Part shown: piece by piece, positions 18,106 to 26,833 of the stretch
Numbering within the stretch: the first letter of the stretch is position 1
Layout of the letters: the number at the start of each line of letters is the position of its first letter
Source of the DNA: Opitutia bacterium KCR 482
Lineage (GTDB): Bacteria > Verrucomicrobiota > Verrucomicrobiia > Opitutales > Intestinicryptomonadaceae
Length of the DNA: 32,000 nucleotides
Direction: 5' to 3'
Assembly: GCA_029269845.2 (NCBI GenBank)
Contig: CP149973.1
Span: 1,440,001 to 1,472,000 of the forward strand
Made by a program: the position numbers and the translations under genes
The notes under the pieces: generated by a model
Told to the model about the DNA's origin: nothing
Database searches by the model: none
What the model saw: only the letters and a program-made list of their open reading frames with translations

Positions 18106-18120
18106 ATTAAACAGTTTAAT
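18106..18120. promoter_or_regulatory. perfect 7-1-7 palindrome ATTAAAC-A-GTTTAAT upstream of pflB (candidate operator)
   Basis: Read directly. It is centred about 115 nt upstream of the pflB ATG, in the divergent GH78/pflB intergenic region. Confidence 0.3.
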
Positions 18121-18227
18121 TTTTTTTCGCGCCGATTTTGGTTTACACGAAAACTTTTAGGGGTATTGAATATCGGCATAAAAAATTGAGGAATTTTTAC
18201 CCTTAACCCCCGTACTTTTTACACACA

Positions 18228-20474
18228 ATGAAAATCGAAAATACAAAACAGGCTTGGGACGGTTTCAAGACCGGCAAGTGGACGGAGTCGGTAGACGTGC
18301 TCGACTTCATCAAACTCAACTACACTCCCTACGAAGGCGACGACTCGTTCCTCGCTCCCGCTACGGAGCGCACTAATGCACTTTGGAAAAAGGTGCTTGT
18401 TCTGATGAAAAAGGAAATCGAGAAAAACGGCTGTCTCGACGCCGACGTTTCCACTCCCTCCGCGATAGACTCGCACAAGGCCGGCTACATCGACAAAGAC
18501 GCCGAGGTTATCGTGGGTCTCCAAACCGACGCGCCCCTCAAACGCGCAATCATGCCCTGCGGCGGATACCGCATGGTGCACTCCTCCTGCGAGGCGTACG
18601 GCCTTAAAGAGGACGAGCGCGTGAAGGAAATCTTCACAAAATACCGCAAGACGCACAATCAGGGCGTGTTCGACGCCTATACGCCCGACATCAAGGCCGC
18701 CCGCCACTCCGCGATTATCACGGGGCTGCCCGACGCCTACGGCCGCGGCAGAATAATCGGCGACTACCGCCGCCTCGCCCTCTACGGAATCGACATTCTC
18801 ATCGAAGACAAGAAGCGCGAAAAAGCCGAAACCGACGACGCCCTCATGACCGCCGAAGTTATCCGCGAGCGCGAGGAACTTGCCGAGCAAATCGAGGCGT
18901 TGGAGGCAATCCGCCGCATGGCGTCGTTCTACGGAATCGACATTTCCAAGCCCGCAACGAACTTCTGCGAAGCCGTCCAGTGGACGTATTTTGCGTATCT
19001 GGCGGCGGTGAAAGACCAGAACGGCGCGGCGATGTCGCTCGGCCGCACCACGAGCTTCCTCGACATCTACGCCGAGCGCGACTTGGCCCGCGGCGTTCTC
19101 GACGAAAGCGCGGTTCAGGAAATTGTGGACGACTTCGTCATCAAGCTCCGCATGGTGCGCTTCCTCCGCACGCCCGAATACAACGACCTTTTCAGCGGCG
19201 ACCCCGTTTGGGTAACCGAATCTCTCGGCGGCATGAACGACGACGGCAGGACTTTCGTCACAAAAAATTCCTTCCGCATGCTCCACACGCTCTCGAACCT
19301 CGGCCCCGCGCCCGAGCCGAACCTCACGGTTCTCTGGTCGGCAAAGCTTCCCGAGCCGTTCAAGGCGTTCTGCGCAAAAACGTCGATTGCGACCTCCGCT
19401 ATCCAGTATGAAAACGACGACCTCATGCGCCCCGCTTTCGGCGACGACTACGGAATCGCCTGCTGCGTCTCGCCCATGATTATCGGCAAGGAAATGCAGT
19501 TCTTCGGCGCGCGCGCAAACCTCGCAAAGGCTCTCCTCTACGCAATCAACGGCGGCGTGGACGAGCGCACGGGCGCGCTCGTGGCAAAGGGCATGACGCC
19601 CATCACTTCCGAGTATCTCGACTACGACGAAGTCTGCCAAAAGCTCGACAAAATGATGGACTGGCTCAGCCGCACATACGTCAACGCCCTCAACATAATC
19701 CACTTCATGCACGACAAGTACTACTACGAAAAGGCGCAGTTGGCTTTCATGCAAAAGGACGTTGTTCGCAAATTGGGCTGCGGCATCGCGGGCTTCTCGG
19801 TTGTAACGGATTCGCTTTCGGCAATCAAATACGCGAAGGTCAAGGCAATCCGCAACGAGCAGGGCATCGCCGTAGACTTCGAAATCGAGGGCGACTATCC
19901 CAAATACGGCAACAACGACGACAGGGTTGACTCCATCGCGACGGGGCTTGTCAAGCAGTTCATGGATAAAATCCGCAAACTGCCCACATACCGCGACGCA
20001 ATCCAAACGCAGTCGATTCTTACGATTACCTCGAACGTCGTCTACGGCAAAAAGACGGGCAACACCCCCGACGGCAGAAAGGCGGGCGTTCCCTTCGCCC
20101 CCGGAGCAAACCCGTTCCACGGCCGCGATTCGAGCGGCGCGCTGGCGTCGCTGTGCTCTGTGGCAAAGCTTCCGTTCGAGCACGCAAAGGACGGCATTTC
20201 CAACACGTTCTCGATTCTCCCGAATTCGCTCGGCAAGACAGATTCGGAGAAAGTCTCCAACCTCTGCGGGCTTATCGACGGCTACATGGCAAAGCGCGGA
20301 CAGCATTTGAACGTCAACGTTCTCATGCGCGAAACGTTCATGGACGCAATGGAACACCCCGAAAAATACCCGCAGCTTACAATCCGCGTTTCGGGCTACG
20401 CGGTAAACTTCATAAAGCTTACAAAACCCCAGCAGATGGACGTTATTTCGAGAACATTCCACTCGAAATTCTAA
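18228..20474 (+). CDS. pflB: pyruvate formate-lyase (formate C-acetyltransferase), glycyl-radical enzyme
   Basis: 748 aa. The active-site Cys-Cys (GIACCVSPM) and the C-terminal glycyl-radical motif ([11 protein letters not shown]) are present, and the sequence is colinear with PflB throughout. Confidence 0.95.
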   Translation: MKIENTKQAWDGFKTGKWTESVDVLDFIKLNYTPYEGDDSFLAPATERTNALWKKVLVLMKKEIEKNGCLDADVSTPSAIDSHKAGYIDKDAEVIVGLQTDAPLKRAIMPCGGYRMVHSSCEAYGLKEDERVKEIFTKYRKTHNQGVFDAYTPDIKAARHSAIITGLPDAYGRGRIIGDYRRLALYGIDILIEDKKREKAETDDALMTAEVIREREELAEQIEALEAIRRMASFYGIDISKPATNFCEAVQWTYFAYLAAVKDQNGAAMSLGRTTSFLDIYAERDLARGVLDESAVQEIVDDFVIKLRMVRFLRTPEYNDLFSGDPVWVTESLGGMNDDGRTFVTKNSFRMLHTLSNLGPAPEPNLTVLWSAKLPEPFKAFCAKTSIATSAIQYENDDLMRPAFGDDYGIACCVSPMIIGKEMQFFGARANLAKALLYAINGGVDERTGALVAKGMTPITSEYLDYDEVCQKLDKMMDWLSRTYVNALNIIHFMHDKYYYEKAQLAFMQKDVVRKLGCGIAGFSVVTDSLSAIKYAKVKAIRNEQGIAVDFEIEGDYPKYGNNDDRVDSIATGLVKQFMDKIRKLPTYRDAIQTQSILTITSNVVYGKKTGNTPDGRKAGVPFAPGANPFHGRDSSGALASLCSVAKLPFEHAKDGISNTFSILPNSLGKTDSEKVSNLCGLIDGYMAKRGQHLNVNVLMRETFMDAMEHPEKYPQLTIRVSGYAVNFIKLTKPQQMDVISRTFHSKF

Positions 20475-20498
20475 CCGCTCCTTTTTGGGAATTTTGCG

Positions 20499-20530
20499 AA
20501 AGACGCGCCGCAAGGCGCGTCTTTTTTTTG
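20499..20530 (+). terminator. rho-independent terminator after pflB
   Basis: AGACGCGCC-gcaa-GGCGCGTCT followed by T8. Confidence 0.75.
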
Positions 20531-20798
20531 TGCGCAAGTTCGGAGGGCGCGGGCGCAGAATTGAGAATACTCTTGTGCGATAAATCCCCGCCAATACGTC
20601 GAAAACGACATTATTCAAAAAAAGCGAAAAAATGTCCGCGCATAAAAAGCGCGAAGCGGAAGAACCTAAAATCCCACTGCTTATTTTACTAAAAGGATTT
20701 AGATGTGTTTTTTTGATTTTTTATTTGACACGAGTATTCACAATACGGTATCACATTCGCCTATCCAACAATACCAACAAAAATAGGAGTATAACCAT

Positions 20799-21908
20799 AT
20801 GAGAAAACTTACATATTCGGTGTTTGCTTTGGCGGCGGGGTCGCTCTTTGCCGACACATTCCAGTTTACGGAAACCGAGTCAACAATCGACACGGCCACT
20901 ATTTACTACATTTCGGGTACGGACGGCGTCAACGAGGGCACGGTTGACAACATTAAGACAAACCCAAGCTCGAATGCGTTTGTTCTTGAAGACATCACCG
21001 TAAATTTCACAAAAGACGCCTTGAAAGGTCTTGAAATCACGGGCACGGCAAAAGTGGGCAGCGGCGCATACGCGTTGGGCGCAAAAGGCAATTCGGTTTT
21101 GAATTTCAAGGAAGGCGCAACGGTCGGCATGAACTTGAAAAACGGCTTTGCGACAAGCTACGGCAACCACAACAAAGGCGCTCTTACAATCAATGTCGAA
21201 AAGGGCTACCTCGGCACGATTATCACCGATACCGCGGTTGCGCAATACGGAACGCTCAACCTCAACCTCCACAAGGCAAACGTCTTGAAAGCGGCGTCTG
21301 CAAAATACAACACCCGCATGTTCGTTGACGCCGCCGGACAAATCAACCTGAACATGTCGGCGGACCAAGTGATAGACTTGGACATTCGCACAAGCATCAA
21401 TAACGCCTTCAACCTTTCGCTCTCCGACGGGGCAAACCTCTTCGTGAAATCGTCGACTGGCTGGATGCCCCCGTCCCTTTCGGGAAAGACATGCTATATT
21501 TCGCTCGTTAACGGCGAAATCGACGGCACGGTGCTGTTCCTCGAATCGATTGTAACGTCGGGCGGTTTTGTGGACGGCGAAATTACAATCAGCCATGCGG
21601 GTGTCGAACAGGTAATCGCGTTCTTCGATCCCACTACAAATTCTAAAATGGGCGAAGACAAGCTCCGCTTCGGCAAGACGACGATTGACTCGCAGACATA
21701 CTACTACGCGTCGGCGATTCCCGAACCCGCCGAATGGGCGGCGATTTTTCGGGGCTGCCGTGCTCGCGCTCGCAGTCTACCGCCGCAGGAAGTAGGGCAT
21801 TTTAATAATTTCGCAAAACCGCCTTCGCGTTCATCGGAGGGCGGTTTTTTTGTCGGCAAATTCCGCGAAAACCCTCTGTTGGGGTTCGGAATGCGTCCAG
21901 TGCAGTAA
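20799..21908 (+). CDS. PEP-CTERM-type secreted surface protein, frameshifted inside the sorting signal (intended end 21795)
   Basis: Signal peptide MRKLTYSVFALAAGSLFAD, with AGGAG 10 nt upstream of the ATG. The C-terminus reads ...SAIPEPAEWAAIF and then goes out of frame at the T5 run 21745..21749. Skipping one nucleotide restores GAAVLALAVYRRRK-stop at 21795, which matches the paralog. The literal ORF tail (21750..21908) reads through the terminator hairpin. Confidence 0.75.
   Translation: MRKLTYSVFALAAGSLFADTFQFTETESTIDTATIYYISGTDGVNEGTVDNIKTNPSSNAFVLEDITVNFTKDALKGLEITGTAKVGSGAYALGAKGNSVLNFKEGATVGMNLKNGFATSYGNHNKGALTINVEKGYLGTIITDTAVAQYGTLNLNLHKANVLKAASAKYNTRMFVDAAGQINLNMSADQVIDLDIRTSINNAFNLSLSDGANLFVKSSTGWMPPSLSGKTCYISLVNGEIDGTVLFLESIVTSGGFVDGEITISHAGVEQVIAFFDPTTNSKMGEDKLRFGKTTIDSQTYYYASAIPEPAEWAAIFRGCRARARSLPPQEVGHFNNFAKPPSRSSEGGFFVGKFRENPLLGFGMRPVQ
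21708..21798 (+). repeat. PEP-CTERM 3' cassette, copy 1 (about 97% identical to 22941..23030)
   Basis: My manual alignment shows 3 differences in about 91 nt (one extra T and two substitutions). The rest of the two genes is strongly diverged. Confidence 0.85.
21815..21851 (+). terminator. rho-independent terminator after the first PEP-CTERM gene
   Basis: AAACCGCCTTCG-cgttcat-CGGAGGGCGGTTT (one mismatch) followed by a T-run. Confidence 0.7.
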
Positions 21909-22061
21909 GAGGGGGGCGGCATGATGAGCCCCATGTGCTGACGTTGTCCTGATTTTGTGAATGGTGGAAATAAAATTTTTTTTTACATAAAAGTATTGAC
22001 TTGATTCAAACTTTCAATTTAGTGCCATTATAATAATCAAATTAAACCAACATAAACAGAC

Positions 22062-23027
22062 ATGAAAAAGATACATATAGCTGTGGCGGCATTGCTTGCC
22101 GCAAGTTCGGCATTTGCCGATTTTAGTCAAGCGGAATTAATATCCGACTCCGCAAACGGAGACTATTGGTACGTTCAGGGGACCGGCAGCGCTTCCGATT
22201 TGGCGGCTATAATACAGGACGGCGAGACTGGCGGAAAAGTCGGCGCGCTTAAATACGGCGCAGGCAATCTGAATTTTGACGACGACACCGTTCTAACGAT
22301 TTCGGGCGAAAGCGTCATGTACGGTACGTCAAAATACGGCGTCGGGGTGGTCAAAGACCAGAATGCGGGGTTCGTATTTTCCGAAAACACCAAAGGCACT
22401 CTCATTGTCAAAAATACAAACGGCATGATTTCGGGCGAGGGCAAGCTTGCCGTAAATATTAAAAAGGGCGAAGCCGGAGTCGGCGGCATTATTACGACGA
22501 AAATCGCCGCGCACCAGAATTCGGTTTGGCTGGGCTTGGAGAGGAAAAACGCAATCAGAAATGCCGACGGCGGCGCGTTCATTGCGACAGTCAACAAAGC
22601 GTTCACGATTTCAATGTCGGCTTCGCAGCACATCAGGCTTGATGTCCGCAAATACAACCCCGACAAATTCTCCTTTACGGTGACCGACGGCGCGTACTTG
22701 TGCATCGACGGTAGCGAATTCTACGGCGATGCAACGAGCGCGAGTGACGTTACAATCAAGTCAGGCAATGCGCTTGAAGACGGCGCGATTCTCTTCCTGA
22801 AAGAGGCATTCACTGTCGAGGACGACGGCTCAATTGTCAAGAGGTCGCAGACGTTCAAGATTGTGGACAACTCGGGCAAAACGCTCGATTTGGTTAAGAG
22901 CGAAATTACATACGACGGCAAAAATTACTACGCGTTTTCGGCGTCGGCGATTCCCGAACCCGCCGAATGGGCGGCGATTTTCGGGGCTGTCGCGCTCGCG
23001 CTCGCAGTCTACCGCCGCAGGAAGTAG
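22062..23027 (+). CDS. PEP-CTERM-type secreted surface protein (intact paralog)
   Basis: 321 aa. Signal peptide MKKIHIAVAALLAASSAFAD. The C-terminus AIPEPAEWAAIFGAVALALAVYRRRK contains the PEP motif, a TM helix and a basic tail, which together form the exosortase-type sorting signal. The central region is weakly similar to 20799..21795. Confidence 0.85.
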   Translation: MKKIHIAVAALLAASSAFADFSQAELISDSANGDYWYVQGTGSASDLAAIIQDGETGGKVGALKYGAGNLNFDDDTVLTISGESVMYGTSKYGVGVVKDQNAGFVFSENTKGTLIVKNTNGMISGEGKLAVNIKKGEAGVGGIITTKIAAHQNSVWLGLERKNAIRNADGGAFIATVNKAFTISMSASQHIRLDVRKYNPDKFSFTVTDGAYLCIDGSEFYGDATSASDVTIKSGNALEDGAILFLKEAFTVEDDGSIVKRSQTFKIVDNSGKTLDLVKSEITYDGKNYYAFSASAIPEPAEWAAIFGAVALALAVYRRRK

Positions 23028-23030
23028 GGC
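22941..23030 (+). repeat. PEP-CTERM 3' cassette, copy 2
   Basis: See copy 1 at 21708..21798. Confidence 0.85.
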
Positions 23031-23051
23031 GCAAATTTCATTCCCCAATTT

Positions 23052-23082
23052 CGGCGGAGTCTTCGGACTCCGCCTTTTTTTC
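23052..23082 (+). terminator. rho-independent terminator after the second PEP-CTERM gene
   Basis: GGCGGAGTC-ttcg-GACTCCGCC followed by T7. Confidence 0.75.
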
Positions 23083-23212
23083 GGCAATGCGTCGCTGTGG
23101 TATTGCGTACGGGGAGCGGGGCGCGGCATTTCTTTCGGAATGATTCGGACTCCGCTTTTTTTTGTCCGCTTTCGGCGCGGGGTTTACGGATTTTCTTGTA
23201 ATCCGCTCCCGT

Positions 23213-23968
23213 ATGCCGATTATTTTTTGCGTGATTATCGGGAAAATACATTCGGTTGAAACAATGGGCGCGCTCGACGGCCCCGGGCTTCGGTATGTGC
23301 TGTTTTTGAAGGGCTGTCCGTTCCGCTGTGCGTTCTGCCACAACCCCGACACTTGGGGCGCGGCGGAGTACACTGCCCGCACCGCCGGAGAGGTCGCCGC
23401 GGACGTCCTCAAATACAGGGAGTTTTTCGCATTTTCGGGCGGCGGCTTCACTGTGTCGGGCGGCGAGCCGCTCATGCAGATTCCGTTCCTCGAAGAGCTT
23501 TTCGGAATCCTGAAAAAGGAGGGCATTTCCATCGCCGTAGACACTTGCGGGCATATCGAAAACCCCGAATCGGCGGCGAAAATCGTGGAGCTTGCCGACC
23601 TCTTTCTGCTCGACATAAAACATCTCGATTCCGCCGTGCATCAAAAACTTACGGGAAAACCCAACGACAGGGTTCTCGCGTTTTTGGAATATTTGAACTC
23701 GCGCGGCAAGGAAATCCATATCCGCGTTGTGCTTCTCAACGGCTATTCTGCCGACGAAGCGTATCTAACGCGCCTTGCGGAATTTCTGAAAAAATACCGC
23801 TCCATAACGCGGGTCGATTTGCTGCCATATCACACGCTTGGTGTCCCAAAATGGGAATCGCTCGACATTCCGTATAGGCTAGACTCTTCCGCAGCGCTTT
23901 CAAAAGAGCAGTGCGCAAGGGCTTTGGAGATTTTTAAAAAAGCGGGCTTTAACGCAACCCTGCAATAA
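23213..23968 (+). CDS. pflA: pyruvate formate-lyase activating enzyme (radical SAM)
   Basis: GKIHSVETMGALDGPGLRYVLFLKGCPFRCAFCHNPDTW contains the CxxxCxxC cluster motif and is colinear with E. coli PflA. The start is the ATG at 23213 or the GTG at 23231. The track ORF start at 23162 is an over-extension. Confidence 0.9.
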   Translation: MPIIFCVIIGKIHSVETMGALDGPGLRYVLFLKGCPFRCAFCHNPDTWGAAEYTARTAGEVAADVLKYREFFAFSGGGFTVSGGEPLMQIPFLEELFGILKKEGISIAVDTCGHIENPESAAKIVELADLFLLDIKHLDSAVHQKLTGKPNDRVLAFLEYLNSRGKEIHIRVVLLNGYSADEAYLTRLAEFLKKYRSITRVDLLPYHTLGVPKWESLDIPYRLDSSAALSKEQCARALEIFKKAGFNATLQ

Positions 23969-24139
23969 AAGCGAAGCATGGGGAGGCTGAATGCGTTGTT
24001 GCTCTAAAAAGCATTATTTCTAGCAAAATTTCAACGCGGCTTAAAGCCGACGCGCCACGAGTTTTTTAGCGCGGCAATGTCGGAGCAAAATTTGCCCGCA
24101 ATGTTCCCGTATTGGGTGCAAGCGTTTCCGCGTGAGGGC

Positions 24140-24547
24140 TTAGAATTTAAATGGAATGTGGGCGTCCATCTTTGCCGCAATCTTTTCGTAAACGCGCCTG
24201 CCTTCGGGTGTGGAAATGCATGTTATCCAGTCTATTCCGTCGCGCTTCAAATTTTCTACAACCGCGCGGCAGAGGGCGGTTCCTATTCCCGCTTTGCGGA
24301 ATTCAGTCTCTACGAACATGTCGAGCAGGTAGGCGTCGCCCACTTTGTCGGAAATAGCCCTGAAAAAGCCGACCAATTGCCCGCCGACAAACGCGCCGTA
24401 GGCGCAGTGCGAGTTTTGGAGGGCTTTTTTTGTGGGCGAAAAGTCGCTTGCCGACTGGGCTATCCAGCCTGCAAGTTTATAGAGTCTTGCGACTTGTGCT
24501 TCGATTTCGGAAGCGTCTGAGTCGAGCTTTTTAATTTCGTATTTCAT
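24140..24547 (-). CDS. GNAT-family N-acetyltransferase
   Basis: 135 aa. The acetyl-CoA-binding motif A region reads VETEFRKAGIGTALCRAVVENLKRDG. Its ATG overlaps the stop of the upstream DUF2156 gene as ATGA. Confidence 0.8.
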   Translation of the reverse strand: MKYEIKKLDSDASEIEAQVARLYKLAGWIAQSASDFSPTKKALQNSHCAYGAFVGGQLVGFFRAISDKVGDAYLLDMFVETEFRKAGIGTALCRAVVENLKRDGIDWITCISTPEGRRVYEKIAAKMDAHIPFKF

Positions 24548-25416
24548 TGCTTTGTTGGTACAAGCGACAGCCTTGCGTACATTCTTGCGGGGTCGAGCGA
24601 CCTTTTCGCCTGCCTCAAATTTGGTTCGCCGAGGTCCTGCTCGCGGTTCATGAAAATGATACCTTGCTTTACAAGATATTCCGCTTCAACTTTTACGAGC
24701 ATTTGCGCCGCGCCGCGCTCGGATTTTTCCGATTTCTCGAAAACCGCGTCCGCCATTGTGTCGGAAATTTTTGCAAAAACGGCAAGCCCTGCAATTTGTC
24801 GGGCTTCGTTCCTCAATATTATGCCCGAAAATCCCGCGTCGGCGAAATTTGCAAACGCCTTTTGCATTGCCGCCGCGTCGAAATCGGCGGCGCGGGCGGC
24901 GGCAAATTCGCGGGCTTCGTCGATGTTTGCGGAGTCTATTTCCCCGAAAGTCCAGTGCGGGTTTGCCGTTTCGAAGTGCTTGATGTGGTTGCGTTTCTTG
25001 CGCAAAATCGCGCCTTTTAACTCGCGCAGGTCTTCGGTATTGTAAATGTAGTCGGCGTCGCCGTCGCTTTGCAGAATATCGAAAAACTCGGCGGCATCGG
25101 GGAATTTTTCGGCATAGTCGGGCGGGGCGTCGTAGATGTAGTCGAACCTTGCGCCTCCCGACTCTGCAAATTTTACGTATTCAATAAGTTGCAGCGGCTC
25201 GGTGTCCGCGCCAATCGGATAGTGCAGGATTTTATGTTTGGGTTTGTAGACTGCCACGCGTCCGTTCCAGACTGCAATTTGCGTGTTGTAATTGTCGGAA
25301 TATGCAAAATTTACGGCAAAAGTCTGCTCGCAGCTGTCGGTCGGGTTTTCGGCGCGGGCAAGCTCGAACAGCTTTTTGTCGGCAAGGGCGATTGGTCTAA
25401 ACGGCATGTTTTGCAT
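24544..25416 (-). CDS. DUF2156 (LPG-synthase C-terminal-like, tandem-GNAT fold) protein
   Basis: 290 aa. LKGAILRKKRNHIKHF and NREQDLGEPNLRQAKRSLDP match the conserved blocks of stand-alone DUF2156 / MprF C-domain proteins as I remember them. Confidence 0.75.
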   Translation of the reverse strand: MQNMPFRPIALADKKLFELARAENPTDSCEQTFAVNFAYSDNYNTQIAVWNGRVAVYKPKHKILHYPIGADTEPLQLIEYVKFAESGGARFDYIYDAPPDYAEKFPDAAEFFDILQSDGDADYIYNTEDLRELKGAILRKKRNHIKHFETANPHWTFGEIDSANIDEAREFAAARAADFDAAAMQKAFANFADAGFSGIILRNEARQIAGLAVFAKISDTMADAVFEKSEKSERGAAQMLVKVEAEYLVKQGIIFMNREQDLGEPNLRQAKRSLDPARMYARLSLVPTKQ

Positions 25417-25441
25417 ATCGTAATATGCGCGGCGCGGTTAA

Positions 25442-26833
25442 TCAGACGATTTCGCCTTCAAGGGCGGTGATTGTAGCCTTTGCGATTTTTACGTTTACAA
25501 GCCTGCCTATTAGCTCAGGCGAGGCGCGGAAAATGGTCTTTCTGTGAGTGCGGGTGCGCCCCATGAAAAGGCTTTCGCCGCGTTTTGCGGGGGCTTCCAC
25601 AAGTATCTCCTGCGTAGTGCCTACGAGCTTGTCGTGGTAGCGCATTGACTGCTCGGCGAGGTCTGCAAGCAGTATCTGGTTGCGGGCTTCCTTGACTTTT
25701 TCGGGCACGGAGTCGGGCAGTTCCGCCGATTTTGTTCCCGTTCTGGGACTGTATTTGAAGATGAACGCCATGTCGAAGTCCGCCGCCTTGAAAACCCTGC
25801 GCGTTTCGTCGAAATCGGCGTCGGTTTCGTCGGGATAGCCCACTATTATGTCGGTCGAAATGGAGATATTCGGCTTGCGCGAGCGCAGTTTTTCGACAAT
25901 TTCCAGAAATTTTTCAGCAGTGTACGGACGCCTCATCTCCTTCAAAATGCGGTTGCTTCCCGATTGGAGCGGAAGGTGGACGTATTCGCAAAGTTTTGGA
26001 ATGTCGGCATATGCGTCGATAAGGTCGCCTCCGAAAAACGCGGGGTGGGGCGATGTGAAGCGAATTCGGGCGATTCCGTCGATTGCGTTTATTTTTTCCA
26101 GCAGGCGCACGAATTCCGTCTTGCCGTCGGTCTTTCCGAGTTCGCGCCCGAAGGCGTTTACTACCTGTCCCAAAAGGGTAATTTCGCGCACGCCGGCGTC
26201 GGCGAGTTTTTTGACTTCCCCGACGATGTCGTCGGTCGGCCGCGAGCGTTGCGCCCCGCGTACTTTCGGCACAATGCAGTAGGAGCAGTTCATTTGGCAG
26301 CCCTGCATTATCGAGACGAACGCGCACGACTTCCTTGTTCCCGTAATGGGAAGGTGTTTGTTGATGAAAAGGTGCGAGGTTTTGTCGTCGGAGATGTCTA
26401 CTATTGCCGCGCTCGTTTTCGGGGTGCGTTTTGCGCCGAGGGGAAGTTGGGGGTGTCTGATTCCGCGTTTGCGCATTTCGCAGATTTCTATTGCGATGTC
26501 GGCAACCCTGTGGGTCTGGCGCGCGCCCGCAACGAAGTCCAAGTCGGGCAGAAGTTTGACGAGTTCCGCGCCCCTGTTTTGCGCCATGCAGCCCGCGACG
26601 CCGACCACGGGAAAGTCTTTGCCGAAAGGCTTGCGCAGCCAGACGAGGTGTCCGAGCTTGCCTATTGCCTTTTGTTCCGCCTGTTCGCGCACGGAGCACG
26701 TGTTTACAACGGCGACGTCGCATTCGTTTTCGTCTTCGGTAATTTCCCAGCCGCGTTCGAGAAACTGCGCCGCGATGTTTTCGGAATCGCGGTCGTTCAT
26801 CTGGCAGCCGTATGTTCTGATGTAGACTTTCAC
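25442..26833 (-). CDS. miaB: tRNA-i6A37 methylthiotransferase
   Basis: N-terminal MTTase domain (VYIRTYGCQMNDRDSE), radical-SAM cluster (GCQMNCSYCIVPKVRG) and C-terminal TRAM domain. The likely start is the GTG at 26833 (MKVYIRTYGCQMN). The track ORF begins at a TTG at 26914. Confidence 0.88.
   Translation of the reverse strand: MKVYIRTYGCQMNDRDSENIAAQFLERGWEITEDENECDVAVVNTCSVREQAEQKAIGKLGHLVWLRKPFGKDFPVVGVAGCMAQNRGAELVKLLPDLDFVAGARQTHRVADIAIEICEMRKRGIRHPQLPLGAKRTPKTSAAIVDISDDKTSHLFINKHLPITGTRKSCAFVSIMQGCQMNCSYCIVPKVRGAQRSRPTDDIVGEVKKLADAGVREITLLGQVVNAFGRELGKTDGKTEFVRLLEKINAIDGIARIRFTSPHPAFFGGDLIDAYADIPKLCEYVHLPLQSGSNRILKEMRRPYTAEKFLEIVEKLRSRKPNISISTDIIVGYPDETDADFDETRRVFKAADFDMAFIFKYSPRTGTKSAELPDSVPEKVKEARNQILLADLAEQSMRYHDKLVGTTQEILVEAPAKRGESLFMGRTRTHRKTIFRASPELIGRLVNVKIAKATITALEGEIV

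Noticed and set aside
18219-20618. 799-aa ORF on the minus strand covering all of pflB
   Set aside because: It lies exactly antisense to a strongly recognisable PflB. Its translation is Arg/Ala/Val/Gly-rich with no motif. Gene-length stop-free antisense frames are expected from GC3-biased codon usage.
21796-21908. C-terminal 38 codons of the literal ORF 20799..21908
   Set aside because: This tail arises from the frameshift at the T5 tract and translates the terminator hairpin. It is not a genuine domain.
23062-23163. Repeat of TTCGGACTCCGC plus T-run (23062..23081 and 23144..23163) and small hairpins in the pflA leader
   Set aside because: The second copy lacks the upstream stem half, so it is not a second terminator. 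The 12-nt repeat is too short to distinguish a remnant from chance, so it is noted only as context for the pflB/pflA insertion.
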